A DNA stretch of 27,897 nucleotides, from positions 62,001 to 89,897 of the forward strand of contig JAZKDQ010000018.1 of NCBI GenBank assembly GCA_040387495.1. Reading direction: 5' to 3'. The first letter of the stretch is position 1; every line of letters begins with the position of its first letter. The DNA comes from Pseudomonadota bacterium. Its GTDB lineage: Bacteria > Pseudomonadota > Alphaproteobacteria > Paracaedibacterales > CAIOTO01. The position numbers and the translations under genes are program-made. The notes beneath the pieces are model-generated. The model worked only from the letters and a program-made list of their open reading frames with translations. It was not told where the DNA came from and searched no databases. Positions 1-9,199 of this stretch are shown in pieces.

Positions 1-724
1 CTTGTCGTTGAGTTCCTTAAAACCAAAAATGAGTCGACTTTCACTTAAACAAGGCGTTAAAAAGATATTTTCAAAGAATGCTGTCGTGGAATTTCTTAAA
101 ACGGTTTTTAAAACCGTTATTTTATTTGCAGCAACATTTTGGTTGTTCAGCGGACACTCTCCTGAGATTAAAAATTGGACGGGATTAACATTTCGTCAAA
201 TGTTTAATATGTTTGAAAAGTTACTTTTCAAACTATTCATGATGATTTTGGTGATTTTGTTCTTTTTAGGCCTATTAGATTATTTGTACCAACGCTATCA
301 ACATACAAAAGGCCTTCGCATGACAAAGCAAGAAGTGAAGGAAGAACACAAAGATATTGAAGGTGATCCTGCAATCAAGCAGCGTATTCGTCGTCTGAGA
401 ATGGAACGCTCACGCAATCGTATGATGAAAGATGTGCCAACAGCGACTGTTGTCATCACGAACCCTACACACTACTCAGTCGCGCTTGCGTGGGATCCTG
501 ACACGATGGACGCACCTAAGGTCGTTGCTAAAGGGCAAGATTTTGTTGCACTTAAAATCCGAGAGGTTGCAAAAGAGCATAATGTGCCTATTATTGAGAA
601 TCCACCTGTTGCACGTGCTTTGTTTAATGAGGTGGAGATTAGTCAAGACATTCCATCCGAATATTATAAAGCAATTGCAGATATTATCCGTCTTGTTATG
701 AAATTAAAGAGTAATAGGTTTTAA
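1..724 (+). CDS. flhB: Flagellar export apparatus switch protein FlhB (5'-truncated by window edge)
   Basis: TM segments, then MTKQEVKEEHKDIEGDP, the NPTH autocleavage motif (ITNPTHYSVAL), APKVVAKG and IIENPPVARAL; stop TAA at 722-724. Confidence 0.97.
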   Translation, partial: LSLSSLKPKMSRLSLKQGVKKIFSKNAVVEFLKTVFKTVILFAATFWLFSGHSPEIKNWTGLTFRQMFNMFEKLLFKLFMMILVILFFLGLLDYLYQRYQHTKGLRMTKQEVKEEHKDIEGDPAIKQRIRRLRMERSRNRMMKDVPTATVVITNPTHYSVALAWDPDTMDAPKVVAKGQDFVALKIREVAKEHNVPIIENPPVARALFNEVEISQDIPSEYYKAIADIIRLVMKLKSNRF

Positions 725-742
725 CCAAAGATGTTTAATTTC

Positions 743-771
743 TTGACTCGTTTCCCTGAATTGAGTACGTT
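743..771 (+). promoter_or_regulatory. Putative sigma70 promoter for the tRNA
   Basis: TTGACT-N17-TACGTT, 55 bp upstream of the tRNA; followed by a leader hairpin at 786-819 (ACTGTTT..TGAGC/GCTCAAACAGT). Confidence 0.5.
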
Positions 772-825
772 TAATTATTATCTATACTGTTTTTTGAGCA
801 TAACCAACGCTCAAACAGTTTTATT

Positions 826-902
826 GGGCCTTTAGTTCAGTTGGTTAGAACCCTCCGCTCATAACGGAGATGTCGCAGGTTCGAGTCCTGCAGGGCCCAC
901 CA
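826..902 (+). tRNA. tRNA with CAT anticodon, most likely tRNA-Ile2 (lysidine-modified) rather than Met
   Basis: Acceptor stem GGGCCTT/AGGGCCC, anticodon arm CTCCG-CTCATAA-CGGAG (CAT at 860-862), GTTCGAGTC T-loop, encoded CCA. The paired G1-C72 and lack of a GGG/CCC anticodon stem exclude initiator tRNA; the sequence resembles alphaproteobacterial Ile2. Confidence 0.9.
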
Positions 903-925
903 TTTTTCTTCTCCAATGATTAAAT

Positions 926-1396
926 TCAGATGTTTATGTCAGTTTGCAGTGCCTTGTTCTGATTTATAGGGGCACTGAGGTTATCATTTGCTTCATGTTC
1001 TAGTACATTGCTTGGATTGATAATAACATGATTTTGAATGTCTGTTTTTTTTAGAAGTTGTTCCATATGACGAAGATTATCACATAATTTTTTAAGTAAG
1101 GCAGAGTCTGGCTCAATCATATGGACATTGAGTGTGCGTAAGAGTGATAGAAAATAGTCATCCCAGGCTGCAGATACGCTTTGTGTAAGTTCGCTTTGTA
1201 GAAAAGAAGATAGTCCATGTATGACTGAAATGGCACGTTGATTTTGATATGCAAATTCTTGATATTGATGATCAATTCGCAAGCGGTCACCTTCTTCAAT
1301 GAAATGAAGAATACGACCAAAAAGAAATGAAATTTGCTTTGATGTGCTGTCCATAAGTGGATTGTGGCGATAAGCAGTGGGCGTTTTATTGTACAT
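926..1396 (-). CDS. fliS: FliS-like flagellin export chaperone (divergent)
   Basis: Directly downstream of fliD; helical pattern AY..N...S..QI.FLF..I ... RAI.VI.GL...L ... Y...L...D...L..L...LR matches FliS. Confidence 0.7.
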   Translation of the reverse strand: MYNKTPTAYRHNPLMDSTSKQISFLFGRILHFIEEGDRLRIDHQYQEFAYQNQRAISVIHGLSSFLQSELTQSVSAAWDDYFLSLLRTLNVHMIEPDSALLKKLCDNLRHMEQLLKKTDIQNHVIINPSNVLEHEANDNLSAPINQNKALQTDINI

Positions 1397-1434
1397 AAAT
1401 AAACTTTCTTGTTTTTACTATGATACGGGTTTTA

Positions 1435-4326
1435 TTAGCCATAATGTGAGGCAAGTTCGGCAGCTAACATCTGTGAAATTGCTTCTGTTCGGTGCGCTTG
1501 TGCGTAGAGCTTCTGTTGACCATGATTAGATTGTTTTCGAATATTCTCAGCGTCTTCAACAATGTCCTTGATGCGATTTTCATTACCCTTGTTTTCTTCT
1601 AACAAGATTTGAACTGCAACATCAAATGCACTTGTGGGTACTTCCTTATTTGAGGGATTGTATCTCGTTGTGGCGGCTGATACTGCTTTATCAAAACCCA
1701 CAGAAATTCCTTCTGTTAGTGTTAATATTGTTGTATTTGTTTTATTGAAGCCGAGTGGTAGATAGTTACCTGTAACGTCATAACCTAATTTAAGTCCTTC
1801 GTAGATTGAACCTTTTGGCGCCTTAATAAAGTCATCGCGCACATTAGAAATAAGCACATCTTCTTTGCCGTCCATGGAAAGTATTGCCGTAAATTGAGGA
1901 AGTGTCAGTGTTGTTGTAATTGAAGAACCAACTATTAGTGCTGATGCATCATCCTTAAAATTGATAATAAGTCCCGCATAGATTGAATCATCTGGAAAAG
2001 TAAACGTTTTATTTGAATTACTAAGTACTGCCGTGGATGTACATTTGTCACCTGAGATAAGCTGACCCTTCTCATCTTTTAGCTGGTTCCCAGTTATGGT
2101 TGCTGAATAAGTTGTTCCATCATCATTGAGCGCGTACGTAAGTGAGACTGTTTGGCCAGACACAGCATAACTTAACTTTTTAGTGGGTTCTGGCACAGTA
2201 AAATTTTCAGCAAATGTTTCATCTGTTGATGTGGCGCCATTATATGAATAAGTTAGATTAATAGGCTTTCCGGCCATCTCTGTAGTCAATTTTTCAGGCA
2301 TGCTAGATGTATAAAATTGCGAATTGGTCGATTGGGCAAAGTTGCCAAATAATCTAACAATTTTCTCAAAATCACTATTAAGTATTTTTTCTTGTAAGGT
2401 TTGAGTATTAACATTAAATTTCCCGGTTTTGGAGTCTATCATGATTCCAATATCGCCCAGGCCTTTGTAATTCTTAATTTTTGATTCATTTGCAGCTTCT
2501 TCTGATCCAGCAAGAGAGCTATCTGAGCCAGCTACAGTGAAATTAGTTGCGTAACGTAATAAATTATCGATGCTATTAAGGATGTCTTCGCCATATAAAA
2601 TAGCCTTTTCATCAGGCATTTTTCCATCAGCGTTCATCTTTTTGTGTTCGTTAACGCCATCAACAACAAGATTGTAGTTTGTAATAAATTCATTGATAGC
2701 AGAGAAAGCTTGCTGTTTATCATAATCAATGGCGAAAACTGTATTCTTTGTAGAAACTTTATCGATGGTGATTCGAACCCCGGAAATGGCATCAGAAATA
2801 ATATTATCGGGGCGTTCAATATCAGATCCATTGATGGATAATTTGGCAATAAGTAAATTAGAATCTTTGTTTATTGTTGATAATATGAGTTTTCCTGCGC
2901 CACGAAGGCTATCATCCGTCTTCTTTCCATCAAAATCAATGGGGATCCCTGCTTGTGTTCCCTCAATGACAAGCTGAATGTTTCCACTTTCGTCGGGGTC
3001 AGAGAGTTTTGCTATTACTTTCGCTTCTTTACTTAAGGCATTGATAGATTTTATTATTGTGTTTAATGAAGAGCTAGCTGTGACTTTTATCAGCTGGTTG
3101 TTGATCAGTAAATTTCCTGAGAAATTAGCCGCTGCAGCTGGGTCTGTCGTTGTATACGTACTGGTAATTTTATCTTTTATAGCAATTTGGTCTTCACCAA
3201 TTAAATCGTTTGGATCTGTATTTGCCAGAGGCACAAGAGCGTCACTGCCGCCCTTAAGGCTGGCATCTGTTGTTAGCGCATCAAATTTAATAGGGACACC
3301 TGTTTCAGTGCTGGTAAGGACAAGCGCGAAATTCGGACCATTAGAAATGCTAGCAGTAACATTTGTCTTATCACTTATATAATTGATGGAGTCCATGATT
3401 GTATTGAGTGTTGATGCTTTTTTAAGTTCTTCTGGATTTGTAGCATCTATTAGGTCTGTGCCTGTAATTGGTATTGCTTGCCCATTGATGACAAGATTTC
3501 CTGAAAATCCTACGGCTGCTGTTTTGCTTGCATTTGTATAGGCAGTCGTGATTTGATCTGTCGCAGTTCCGTCCAAGGCACTTGGATCTGTTGGCGTTAT
3601 GTTAAGGCCCCCTACGCCTAGAATAAGTGCATCAGTCCCGGCATTTCCTAAGAAATTAATAGGTTCAGCAAGTTTTGTGCTTTCTAAAATTAAAACACAC
3701 CCTTTTGTGTTTGATATGTGGAGTGAGCTTGCTTTAACATTTGAGAATTCTGTCGTGCTATTAATGTCATTAATAATTCTGCTTAGAGTAGATACATTTT
3801 GAGTAATAGGAATAATTTGATTGTTAACTACAAGATTGCCAGAAAAACCAACGGTTTCTTCGAGACTCTTAAAATTAATGCCACATGTGACTCTGTCAGC
3901 TGTTGCTTTTTGCGTTACATTAATGTCGTAGTCAGTAATTGATGCTTTTGCGATTGAGTCTATTGATAATACAATAGCGCCGTCTGATTCTTTAGATCGA
4001 GAGATTTTTGTATTAAGTGCATTTGGTATACTTGAATCATAGAAAGCAACGTTTGACCTCAGATCATTAGTGAGTTTTTTAAGGCTATTACCGAGTGCCT
4101 CAACTTTTGTACGAAGATCTTCAACAGCAGGAATCTTTTTATCAACGTTAATTGTAATTTTATCTTCATATGCTTCGGTTTTGCTCATTTTAATAGCAAT
4201 AATATTGTCGGAAAAAGTATTTGGATCAAGATTACCAATTAAGGCACCAACTTGCATCCGACCTGTTTCTTTATCTGTTTTTAGCGCGCCGTATGTAGCG
4301 CTAATTCCGACTCCACCACCAGGCAT
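1435..4326 (-). CDS. fliD: Flagellar filament cap protein FliD (HAP2), unusually long (963 aa)
   Basis: FliD_N features (LIGNLDP..., YDINVTQKATA) and FliD_C features (INGSDIERPDNIISDAISGVRITI, INEFITNYN, LGDIGI); located between flagellin and fliS. Confidence 0.88.
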   Translation of the reverse strand: MPGGGVGISATYGALKTDKETGRMQVGALIGNLDPNTFSDNIIAIKMSKTEAYEDKITINVDKKIPAVEDLRTKVEALGNSLKKLTNDLRSNVAFYDSSIPNALNTKISRSKESDGAIVLSIDSIAKASITDYDINVTQKATADRVTCGINFKSLEETVGFSGNLVVNNQIIPITQNVSTLSRIINDINSTTEFSNVKASSLHISNTKGCVLILESTKLAEPINFLGNAGTDALILGVGGLNITPTDPSALDGTATDQITTAYTNASKTAAVGFSGNLVINGQAIPITGTDLIDATNPEELKKASTLNTIMDSINYISDKTNVTASISNGPNFALVLTSTETGVPIKFDALTTDASLKGGSDALVPLANTDPNDLIGEDQIAIKDKITSTYTTTDPAAAANFSGNLLINNQLIKVTASSSLNTIIKSINALSKEAKVIAKLSDPDESGNIQLVIEGTQAGIPIDFDGKKTDDSLRGAGKLILSTINKDSNLLIAKLSINGSDIERPDNIISDAISGVRITIDKVSTKNTVFAIDYDKQQAFSAINEFITNYNLVVDGVNEHKKMNADGKMPDEKAILYGEDILNSIDNLLRYATNFTVAGSDSSLAGSEEAANESKIKNYKGLGDIGIMIDSKTGKFNVNTQTLQEKILNSDFEKIVRLFGNFAQSTNSQFYTSSMPEKLTTEMAGKPINLTYSYNGATSTDETFAENFTVPEPTKKLSYAVSGQTVSLTYALNDDGTTYSATITGNQLKDEKGQLISGDKCTSTAVLSNSNKTFTFPDDSIYAGLIINFKDDASALIVGSSITTTLTLPQFTAILSMDGKEDVLISNVRDDFIKAPKGSIYEGLKLGYDVTGNYLPLGFNKTNTTILTLTEGISVGFDKAVSAATTRYNPSNKEVPTSAFDVAVQILLEENKGNENRIKDIVEDAENIRKQSNHGQQKLYAQAHRTEAISQMLAAELASHYG

Positions 4327-4350
4327 TATATAGCTCTTTCTATTTTGTTA

Positions 4351-4390
4351 AATTAGGGAATTGATCCATGATAAATCAATCCCCTTAATT
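4351..4390 (-). terminator. Stem-loop between fliC and fliD (partial terminator or mRNA-stabilising hairpin)
   Basis: AATTAGGGAATTGAT ... ATCAATCCCCTTAATT imperfect inverted repeat just after the flagellin stop; no clear U-tract. Confidence 0.5.
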
Positions 4391-4397
4391 AGTTTAT

Positions 4398-5885
4398 TTA
4401 ACGCATTACTGTTTGCACAAGTTCAGCAAGTTTTTTTGGTTGCTGAAGTGTGTTTTGGAAAATGGTTGATGACATGTTCACCAAAGCAGTTGCTTCTTGC
4501 GCGCTCTGCAGTGCTGTTGTAATATCCGCATCCGTAAATGTTGCTTTTGCGTATTGTTCGTTCTGTATTTGAAGTGCTAGACTTTGACCCGTAAAGTTCA
4601 GCTGTGCTTTCGTACCACCAAGTTTTGCAATCATATTACTTACTTCAATAAGTGCTTTATCAATTGAGTCAGCTGTTGTTGCTGCTGTAGATTTTTCTGA
4701 AATAACTGTTCCAGTAAGATTTAAAGATAACACAGTTGCTGGCTTAAACTGTATATCGATAACATTTGTAGAAACATCTCCAACTTGGAAAGTCATCGTT
4801 ACTTGATTTCCTGCCTCCACATTAATGATTTCAACACCAGCTGGTGGGTTGGTTTCGTTATTATTAGCAGTAGTTTTGACTGTAAACCCATTATCAAAAA
4901 CAACAGTTCGTGCAGCTAAGCCAAGATCTGAGTCTGAAGCTGAATTGGCATCATAGGTCTTTTCCCAAACTTGTAGCCCATTCGATACTTTATAAGTGAT
5001 CGTATTGGCTGTGCTATTGTAACCAGAAGAAAGTCCATATATACCAGGTGATGTTGCTGCACTTGTTGTGGCACTTGTAATAGTTCCTGACAAATCTCTT
5101 GATGCAGAACGCATGGAAATTGGACTGCCAATATCTAATTGGAATAGCTTTTTTAATTCTCTTTGGATATCATCTGTATCGGTAAGGCCAGTACCTGTCA
5201 AGTTTAGAGTAATTGTATTTGCATGATCTGTAACACTGGTAAGTTGAGCTGAACCTGTTGCACCAAGTGGAATTGTTCCTTGAAAGGACTGGCCGCCAAC
5301 GACAACATTAACTAAGCCTGATGCGTCACCAGAACTTTTAACATTTACAGACTCAACCCCTCCAGCTACAAAACCATTAAGCGTAAAGTCTGTGCTAATA
5401 TTATCTGTAGTAGCACCAGTGCCCGTTAAACTTTTGTCTCCAAGACGATTGTTAGCCCCACTGCCTCCGGCAAATAAAGTAACACCATTCCATGTAGTTT
5501 TAGCTGTATTGTCAACTTGTGATAAAAGTGATTGATATTCTTCATTAAGCATTGCACGCTGTGCTGGTCCGATTGTGTCGGCATTTGCCTGTGTTGCTCG
5601 TGCTTTCATGGTCTGTAAAATTTGTGACATTGACTGCAATGAACCGGCTGCGAGTGAAATAAGTGCGCTGGCCTGTGTAACGTTGCTGGCTGCTTGTGTT
5701 TGAGCTAGAATCGCTGAACTCAAGTTCGCGCCAACTGCAGCTGCTGCAGGCGCATCTGATGCGTCAGAGTCAATGCGGCCAGAGGAAAGCTGTGCATTGG
5801 CTTTTGATAAATTGCCGATATTTTGGTTGAAAAAACGCCCTGCATTCAATGCATCGATGTTTGTATTAATACTAACTAGTCCCAT
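4398..5885 (-). CDS. fliC: Flagellin
   Basis: N-terminal INTNIDALNA...LSSG and ILQTMKARATQA; TTWNGVTLF; FQVG; C-terminal AKLGG..AQL and TDAD helices; variable Thr/Gly/Ser-rich middle. Confidence 0.93.
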   Translation of the reverse strand: MGLVSINTNIDALNAGRFFNQNIGNLSKANAQLSSGRIDSDASDAPAAAAVGANLSSAILAQTQAASNVTQASALISLAAGSLQSMSQILQTMKARATQANADTIGPAQRAMLNEEYQSLLSQVDNTAKTTWNGVTLFAGGSGANNRLGDKSLTGTGATTDNISTDFTLNGFVAGGVESVNVKSSGDASGLVNVVVGGQSFQGTIPLGATGSAQLTSVTDHANTITLNLTGTGLTDTDDIQRELKKLFQLDIGSPISMRSASRDLSGTITSATTSAATSPGIYGLSSGYNSTANTITYKVSNGLQVWEKTYDANSASDSDLGLAARTVVFDNGFTVKTTANNNETNPPAGVEIINVEAGNQVTMTFQVGDVSTNVIDIQFKPATVLSLNLTGTVISEKSTAATTADSIDKALIEVSNMIAKLGGTKAQLNFTGQSLALQIQNEQYAKATFTDADITTALQSAQEATALVNMSSTIFQNTLQQPKKLAELVQTVMR

Positions 5886-5938
5886 AATATTCTCACTTCC
5901 TGTGAATGGTTAAACTACTTGCGTGGACTCTCATTACG

Positions 5939-5956
5939 ATGCAAGTGTTGTGCCAA
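5939..5956 (-). promoter_or_regulatory. Sigma54 (RpoN) -24/-12 promoter of flagellin
   Basis: Minus strand TTGGCACAACACTTGCAT is an exact TGGCAC-N5-TTGCA match, 54 bp upstream of the fliC ATG, with an AT-rich region further upstream. Confidence 0.85.
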
Positions 5957-6250
5957 CTTAAGGGGTGAATATGAAAATAATATAAAATAGATTAATTTGA
6001 TGTATACATAGTGTATGTATTTATTTTTAATTAAGGGCATAAAAACACACGTGATATTTATGCGGAGCATGTGGCTAGAAAATTTTGAGTGTGAGAATAG
6101 TAAATTTAAATGCGCGTTTTGTGCATGTGATAATACATTTCCTGGATCTTTTTTGCGAAAGTTCAATGTGAATTGTGTTGATTAAATAAAATAATTATAC
6201 GTGTATCGGAGTCATGTATAGGCAAGATTTACCGATGCGGCAAAAATTAC

Positions 6251-7123
6251 CTACACATTATGGGGATGTGGATCAAGCAAGGTTCGGATATGCTTTTGCA
6301 ATTTAGCAAAAGCCGCATTCTCAATTTGCCTAACACGTTCGCGTGATATGCCTAGATTATCGCTGACTTCCTCAAGGGTGAGTGGTGGTTCGCTAAGGCG
6401 ACGCGTTTGAATAATACTACGTTCGCGATCATTAAGGCATTCCATAGCACTGTTGAATAATGTGCGTCGTTTAGCCATTTCGTCTTTTTGAATCAGATTA
6501 ATTTCTTGATTATCACGTTCATCGACAAGCCACTCGATCCATTCTGTTTGATTTTCTTCGCCTGCATGCAACGGAGTATTGAGTGAATGATCTTTTTTAA
6601 GTCGCTGACTCATATGCACGACTTCTTCTTCACGCACATTAAGTTTTGTGGCAATCGCAGCAATAATTTCGGGCGTAAGCGTGTCATCATCATGGGCTTT
6701 GCGAATAGCCGCGCTGGTTTTGCGTAAACTAAAAAATAATTTCTTTTGGGCAGAAGTTGTGCCTATTTTAATAAGTGACCAATTATGAAGTATATGTTCT
6801 TGGATGCTGGCACGAATCCACCACATGGCATATGTCGACAACCGAAACCCTTTTTCAGGGTCATAGTGTTTCATTGCTTGTAACATCCCAATATTTCCTT
6901 CAGCAATGAGATCACTCAAGGGAAGGCCATACCCACGATAACCAGCTGCAATTTTAGTAACGAGGCGTAAATGTGCATTGATAAGTTTTTCAGCAGCAGG
7001 GCGATCCATGGTTTCACGCCAAGCACGCGCTAATACAACCTCTTCCTCATTCGATAGCATGGGGATTTTTTTAATTTTTCTTATGTAAAGGGAATCATGA
7101 TCACTGTCGTGAAAAAACGACAT
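6251..7123 (-). CDS. rpoH: Heat-shock sigma factor sigma32
   Basis: DLIAEGNIGM, GFRLSTYAMWWIRA, RpoH box QKKLFFSLR, region 4 HTH (TLEEVS..LGISRERVRQIE). Confidence 0.95.
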   Translation of the reverse strand: MSFFHDSDHDSLYIRKIKKIPMLSNEEEVVLARAWRETMDRPAAEKLINAHLRLVTKIAAGYRGYGLPLSDLIAEGNIGMLQAMKHYDPEKGFRLSTYAMWWIRASIQEHILHNWSLIKIGTTSAQKKLFFSLRKTSAAIRKAHDDDTLTPEIIAAIATKLNVREEEVVHMSQRLKKDHSLNTPLHAGEENQTEWIEWLVDERDNQEINLIQKDEMAKRRTLFNSAMECLNDRERSIIQTRRLSEPPLTLEEVSDNLGISRERVRQIENAAFAKLQKHIRTLLDPHPHNV

Positions 7124-7157
7124 AAGTACACCCGTGTGTTATAAAGAATCAAGGTAT

Positions 7158-7186
7158 ATACTATATGTTATATAAAAAAAACTCAA
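7158..7186 (-). promoter_or_regulatory. Putative sigma70-type promoter for rpoH
   Basis: Minus strand TTGAGT-N17-TAGTAT, about 35 bp upstream of the rpoH start. Confidence 0.4.
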
Positions 7187-7269
7187 GCCTTATAAAGACT
7201 GGTTCAATTAATCATTTTGTAATAATTATATGATACTCTGAAAATAAGTAAAAAATAAGGTTAAGACTG

Positions 7270-7860
7270 TTGAAAAAAAATCATACAAAAAATAGCGCTT
7301 TAGATACTCTTATTTTGCCAGGAAAACTTCTTGTGGCAATGCCATATATGCAGGATTCACGGTTTCATCAAAGTGTTATCTATATATGTGGAAATGATTC
7401 CAATGGCACGATGGGGTTTATATTAAGTAAATCTTTGTCAGGACTCGCCTTCCGTGATTTGTTAACGCAAGTAGATATTCCTACTGGATATAATTGCCCG
7501 GATCTTACAATAGTATATGGTGGTCCTGTTGATATAAGCCGTGGCTTTGTGCTGCATAGTTTGGATTATCATATTGATACAACGGTATGTGTTGACAGAC
7601 ACGTTGGTGTAACATCTACACTAGAAATTCTCAAAGCGTTGGGTAGAAATGAAGGTCCTAGTAGGAAAATTGTAGCGCTTGGGTATGTAAATTGGACGCC
7701 GGGTCAATTAGATACAGAAATTGCAGAGAATAATTGGTTGATTGTTCAGCCAACAACAGAACTATTATTTTGTACAGATGTTGATATGAAGTGGCGCGTA
7801 GCGCTGGCTTCTATGGGGGTAGATCCTGCTGCGTTATCACTTGAGTGTGGGCATGCCTAG
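7270..7860 (+). CDS. YqgE/AlgH (DUF179) family protein
   Basis: GKLLVAMP.M.D.RF..SVIYIC, GGPV...RGFVLHS, LGY..W.PGQL..EI..N.WL, C-terminal GHA. Confidence 0.93.
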   Translation: MKKNHTKNSALDTLILPGKLLVAMPYMQDSRFHQSVIYICGNDSNGTMGFILSKSLSGLAFRDLLTQVDIPTGYNCPDLTIVYGGPVDISRGFVLHSLDYHIDTTVCVDRHVGVTSTLEILKALGRNEGPSRKIVALGYVNWTPGQLDTEIAENNWLIVQPTTELLFCTDVDMKWRVALASMGVDPAALSLECGHA

Positions 7861-8104
7861 AAACGGGTATAGCCTGGCGTCTTCTATCATTTTTGCCTTC
7901 TTTTTTTGGTGCAAGCACGTCGCTTGGCGATATCGCTTTGCATTCCGTAATGATTGTTTTCATATCTTCCTTTGATAACAGTGCAAGGGATATGTTTTCA
8001 GGTTTTATTTTTGCAAGGCACGCTAAAATGCGAAAAGCAAGGTCTAGTTTTCCGGCAGCCTTTGCTGTTGTATAAAGATCGTTAAGTTCTGCTGTGATGT
8101 TCAA
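7811..8104 (-). CDS. Small hypothetical helical protein
   Basis: TTG start preceded by an AGGAG Shine-Dalgarno; fills the gap; 50-bp tail-to-tail overlap with yqgE. Confidence 0.55.
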   Translation of the reverse strand: MNITAELNDLYTTAKAAGKLDLAFRILACLAKIKPENISLALLSKEDMKTIITECKAISPSDVLAPKKEGKNDRRRQAIPVSRHAHTQVITQQDLPP

Positions 8105-8146
8105 AAAAGTCTCCTAAGTTGTTTTAAAACGTTTATTATTTATTAT

Positions 8147-8162
8147 TTAACACTTTTTTAAC
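8147..8162. promoter_or_regulatory. CtrA-box-like site
   Basis: TTAA-CACTTTT-TTAAC is a full TTAA-N7-TTAAC consensus in the divergent region between the 97-aa ORF and OMP 8367. Confidence 0.5.
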
Positions 8163-8366
8163 GATTCTATGCCTTTTCTTTATCCCGGGCATTTCTATCA
8201 AATATATTTACAATTTGTTCATTAAATGTGTCATTTTGACAACATGCGTTTAATTATTGATAGATGTCTATTTGTTTGCTGTATTCAAGGACTAACAAGA
8301 TGTGTCAAAAAGAGAATGTAGAACGACGCATGGTGCGTCACAAACTTAGATTTTTAGGAGTTTATA

Positions 8367-9182
8367 ATGAAGAAATTTACAAGTGCACTTTTGGCTGTTA
8401 CAGCTTTGACTGCTGCTAACGTATTCGCTGCTGGTGCTGTTGAATCAAAAACTGGTGCTTACCTTGGTGGTAATGTTGGTGCTGCTAACACAAACGTAAA
8501 ATATAGTTATGCAAACCAAAATGTTGTTGCTAGCGCTGCTGTAGCTGGTGTGCCAACAGCTGCTGCTGATCGTCAACAAAATTTTAAAGCTGAAGCTGGT
8601 AAAATGAATCCTTTGTTTGGTTTGTTTGCAGGTTATGGCATGCAAGTTGGCCAAATGTATTTCGGTGGTGAAGTATATGGTGGTTTTGATTCAGCAAAGG
8701 TAACTGCATATGATGATAGCGCAACAGGTAAGGCTGCTGGTTATTGGAAATCATCTGTTAAGCGTACAAACTTTTATGGTATAGCACCACGCTTAGGTTT
8801 CTTTGTAACACCAAGCACAATGCTTTTCGTGAAATTAGGTATTGAAGGTGGAAAGTGGAAAGCTCAAGTTAATCCAAATGCTGCTACTATTGATGCCTAT
8901 ACAACTGCTACTTCTCCATCAGCAACTGCGAAAGACATTTCAAAGAGAGTGGCTTCATCAACTAAGAATTCAATTAGCTTTACGCCAGGTCTTGGTTTAG
9001 ATGCATTTATCACTAAGAACTTGTTCTTACGCGCTGAATACAGCTACATGTTTGGTCCAAAGATCACTGTTACACAAGATATTGGTGGTTATGACAATAG
9101 CGTAATGGCTGGAACAACTACTAAGCACACATTCCAAATCACTCAACAATCATTCAAGTTGGGTCTTGGTTACAAGTTCTAG
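8367..9182 (+). CDS. Outer-membrane beta-barrel protein (OmpA-like 8-stranded, Omp25/RopB-type), paralog 1
   Basis: AGGAG SD, Sec signal peptide, GAYLGG and GLFAGYG..YFGGE strands, C-terminal LGYKF beta-signal; strong GCT/GGT codon bias suggests high expression. Confidence 0.9.
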   Translation: MKKFTSALLAVTALTAANVFAAGAVESKTGAYLGGNVGAANTNVKYSYANQNVVASAAVAGVPTAAADRQQNFKAEAGKMNPLFGLFAGYGMQVGQMYFGGEVYGGFDSAKVTAYDDSATGKAAGYWKSSVKRTNFYGIAPRLGFFVTPSTMLFVKLGIEGGKWKAQVNPNAATIDAYTTATSPSATAKDISKRVASSTKNSISFTPGLGLDAFITKNLFLRAEYSYMFGPKITVTQDIGGYDNSVMAGTTTKHTFQITQQSFKLGLGYKF

Positions 9183-9199
9183 TTTGAACGAAACATAAC

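Noticed and set aside
826..902. tRNA-Met or fMet assignment
   Set aside because: Lacks initiator hallmarks and better resembles Ile2; elongator Met is not fully excluded without an isotype-specific model
2634..4333. Multiple antisense or alternative-frame ORFs within fliD (likewise within the OMPs, tolC, popZ and rluC)
   Set aside because: Shadows caused by codon bias; no SD or family motifs
5915..6166. 83-aa ORF between rpoH and fliC
   Set aside because: Overlaps the sigma54 promoter and AT-rich upstream regulatory region; composition not protein-like
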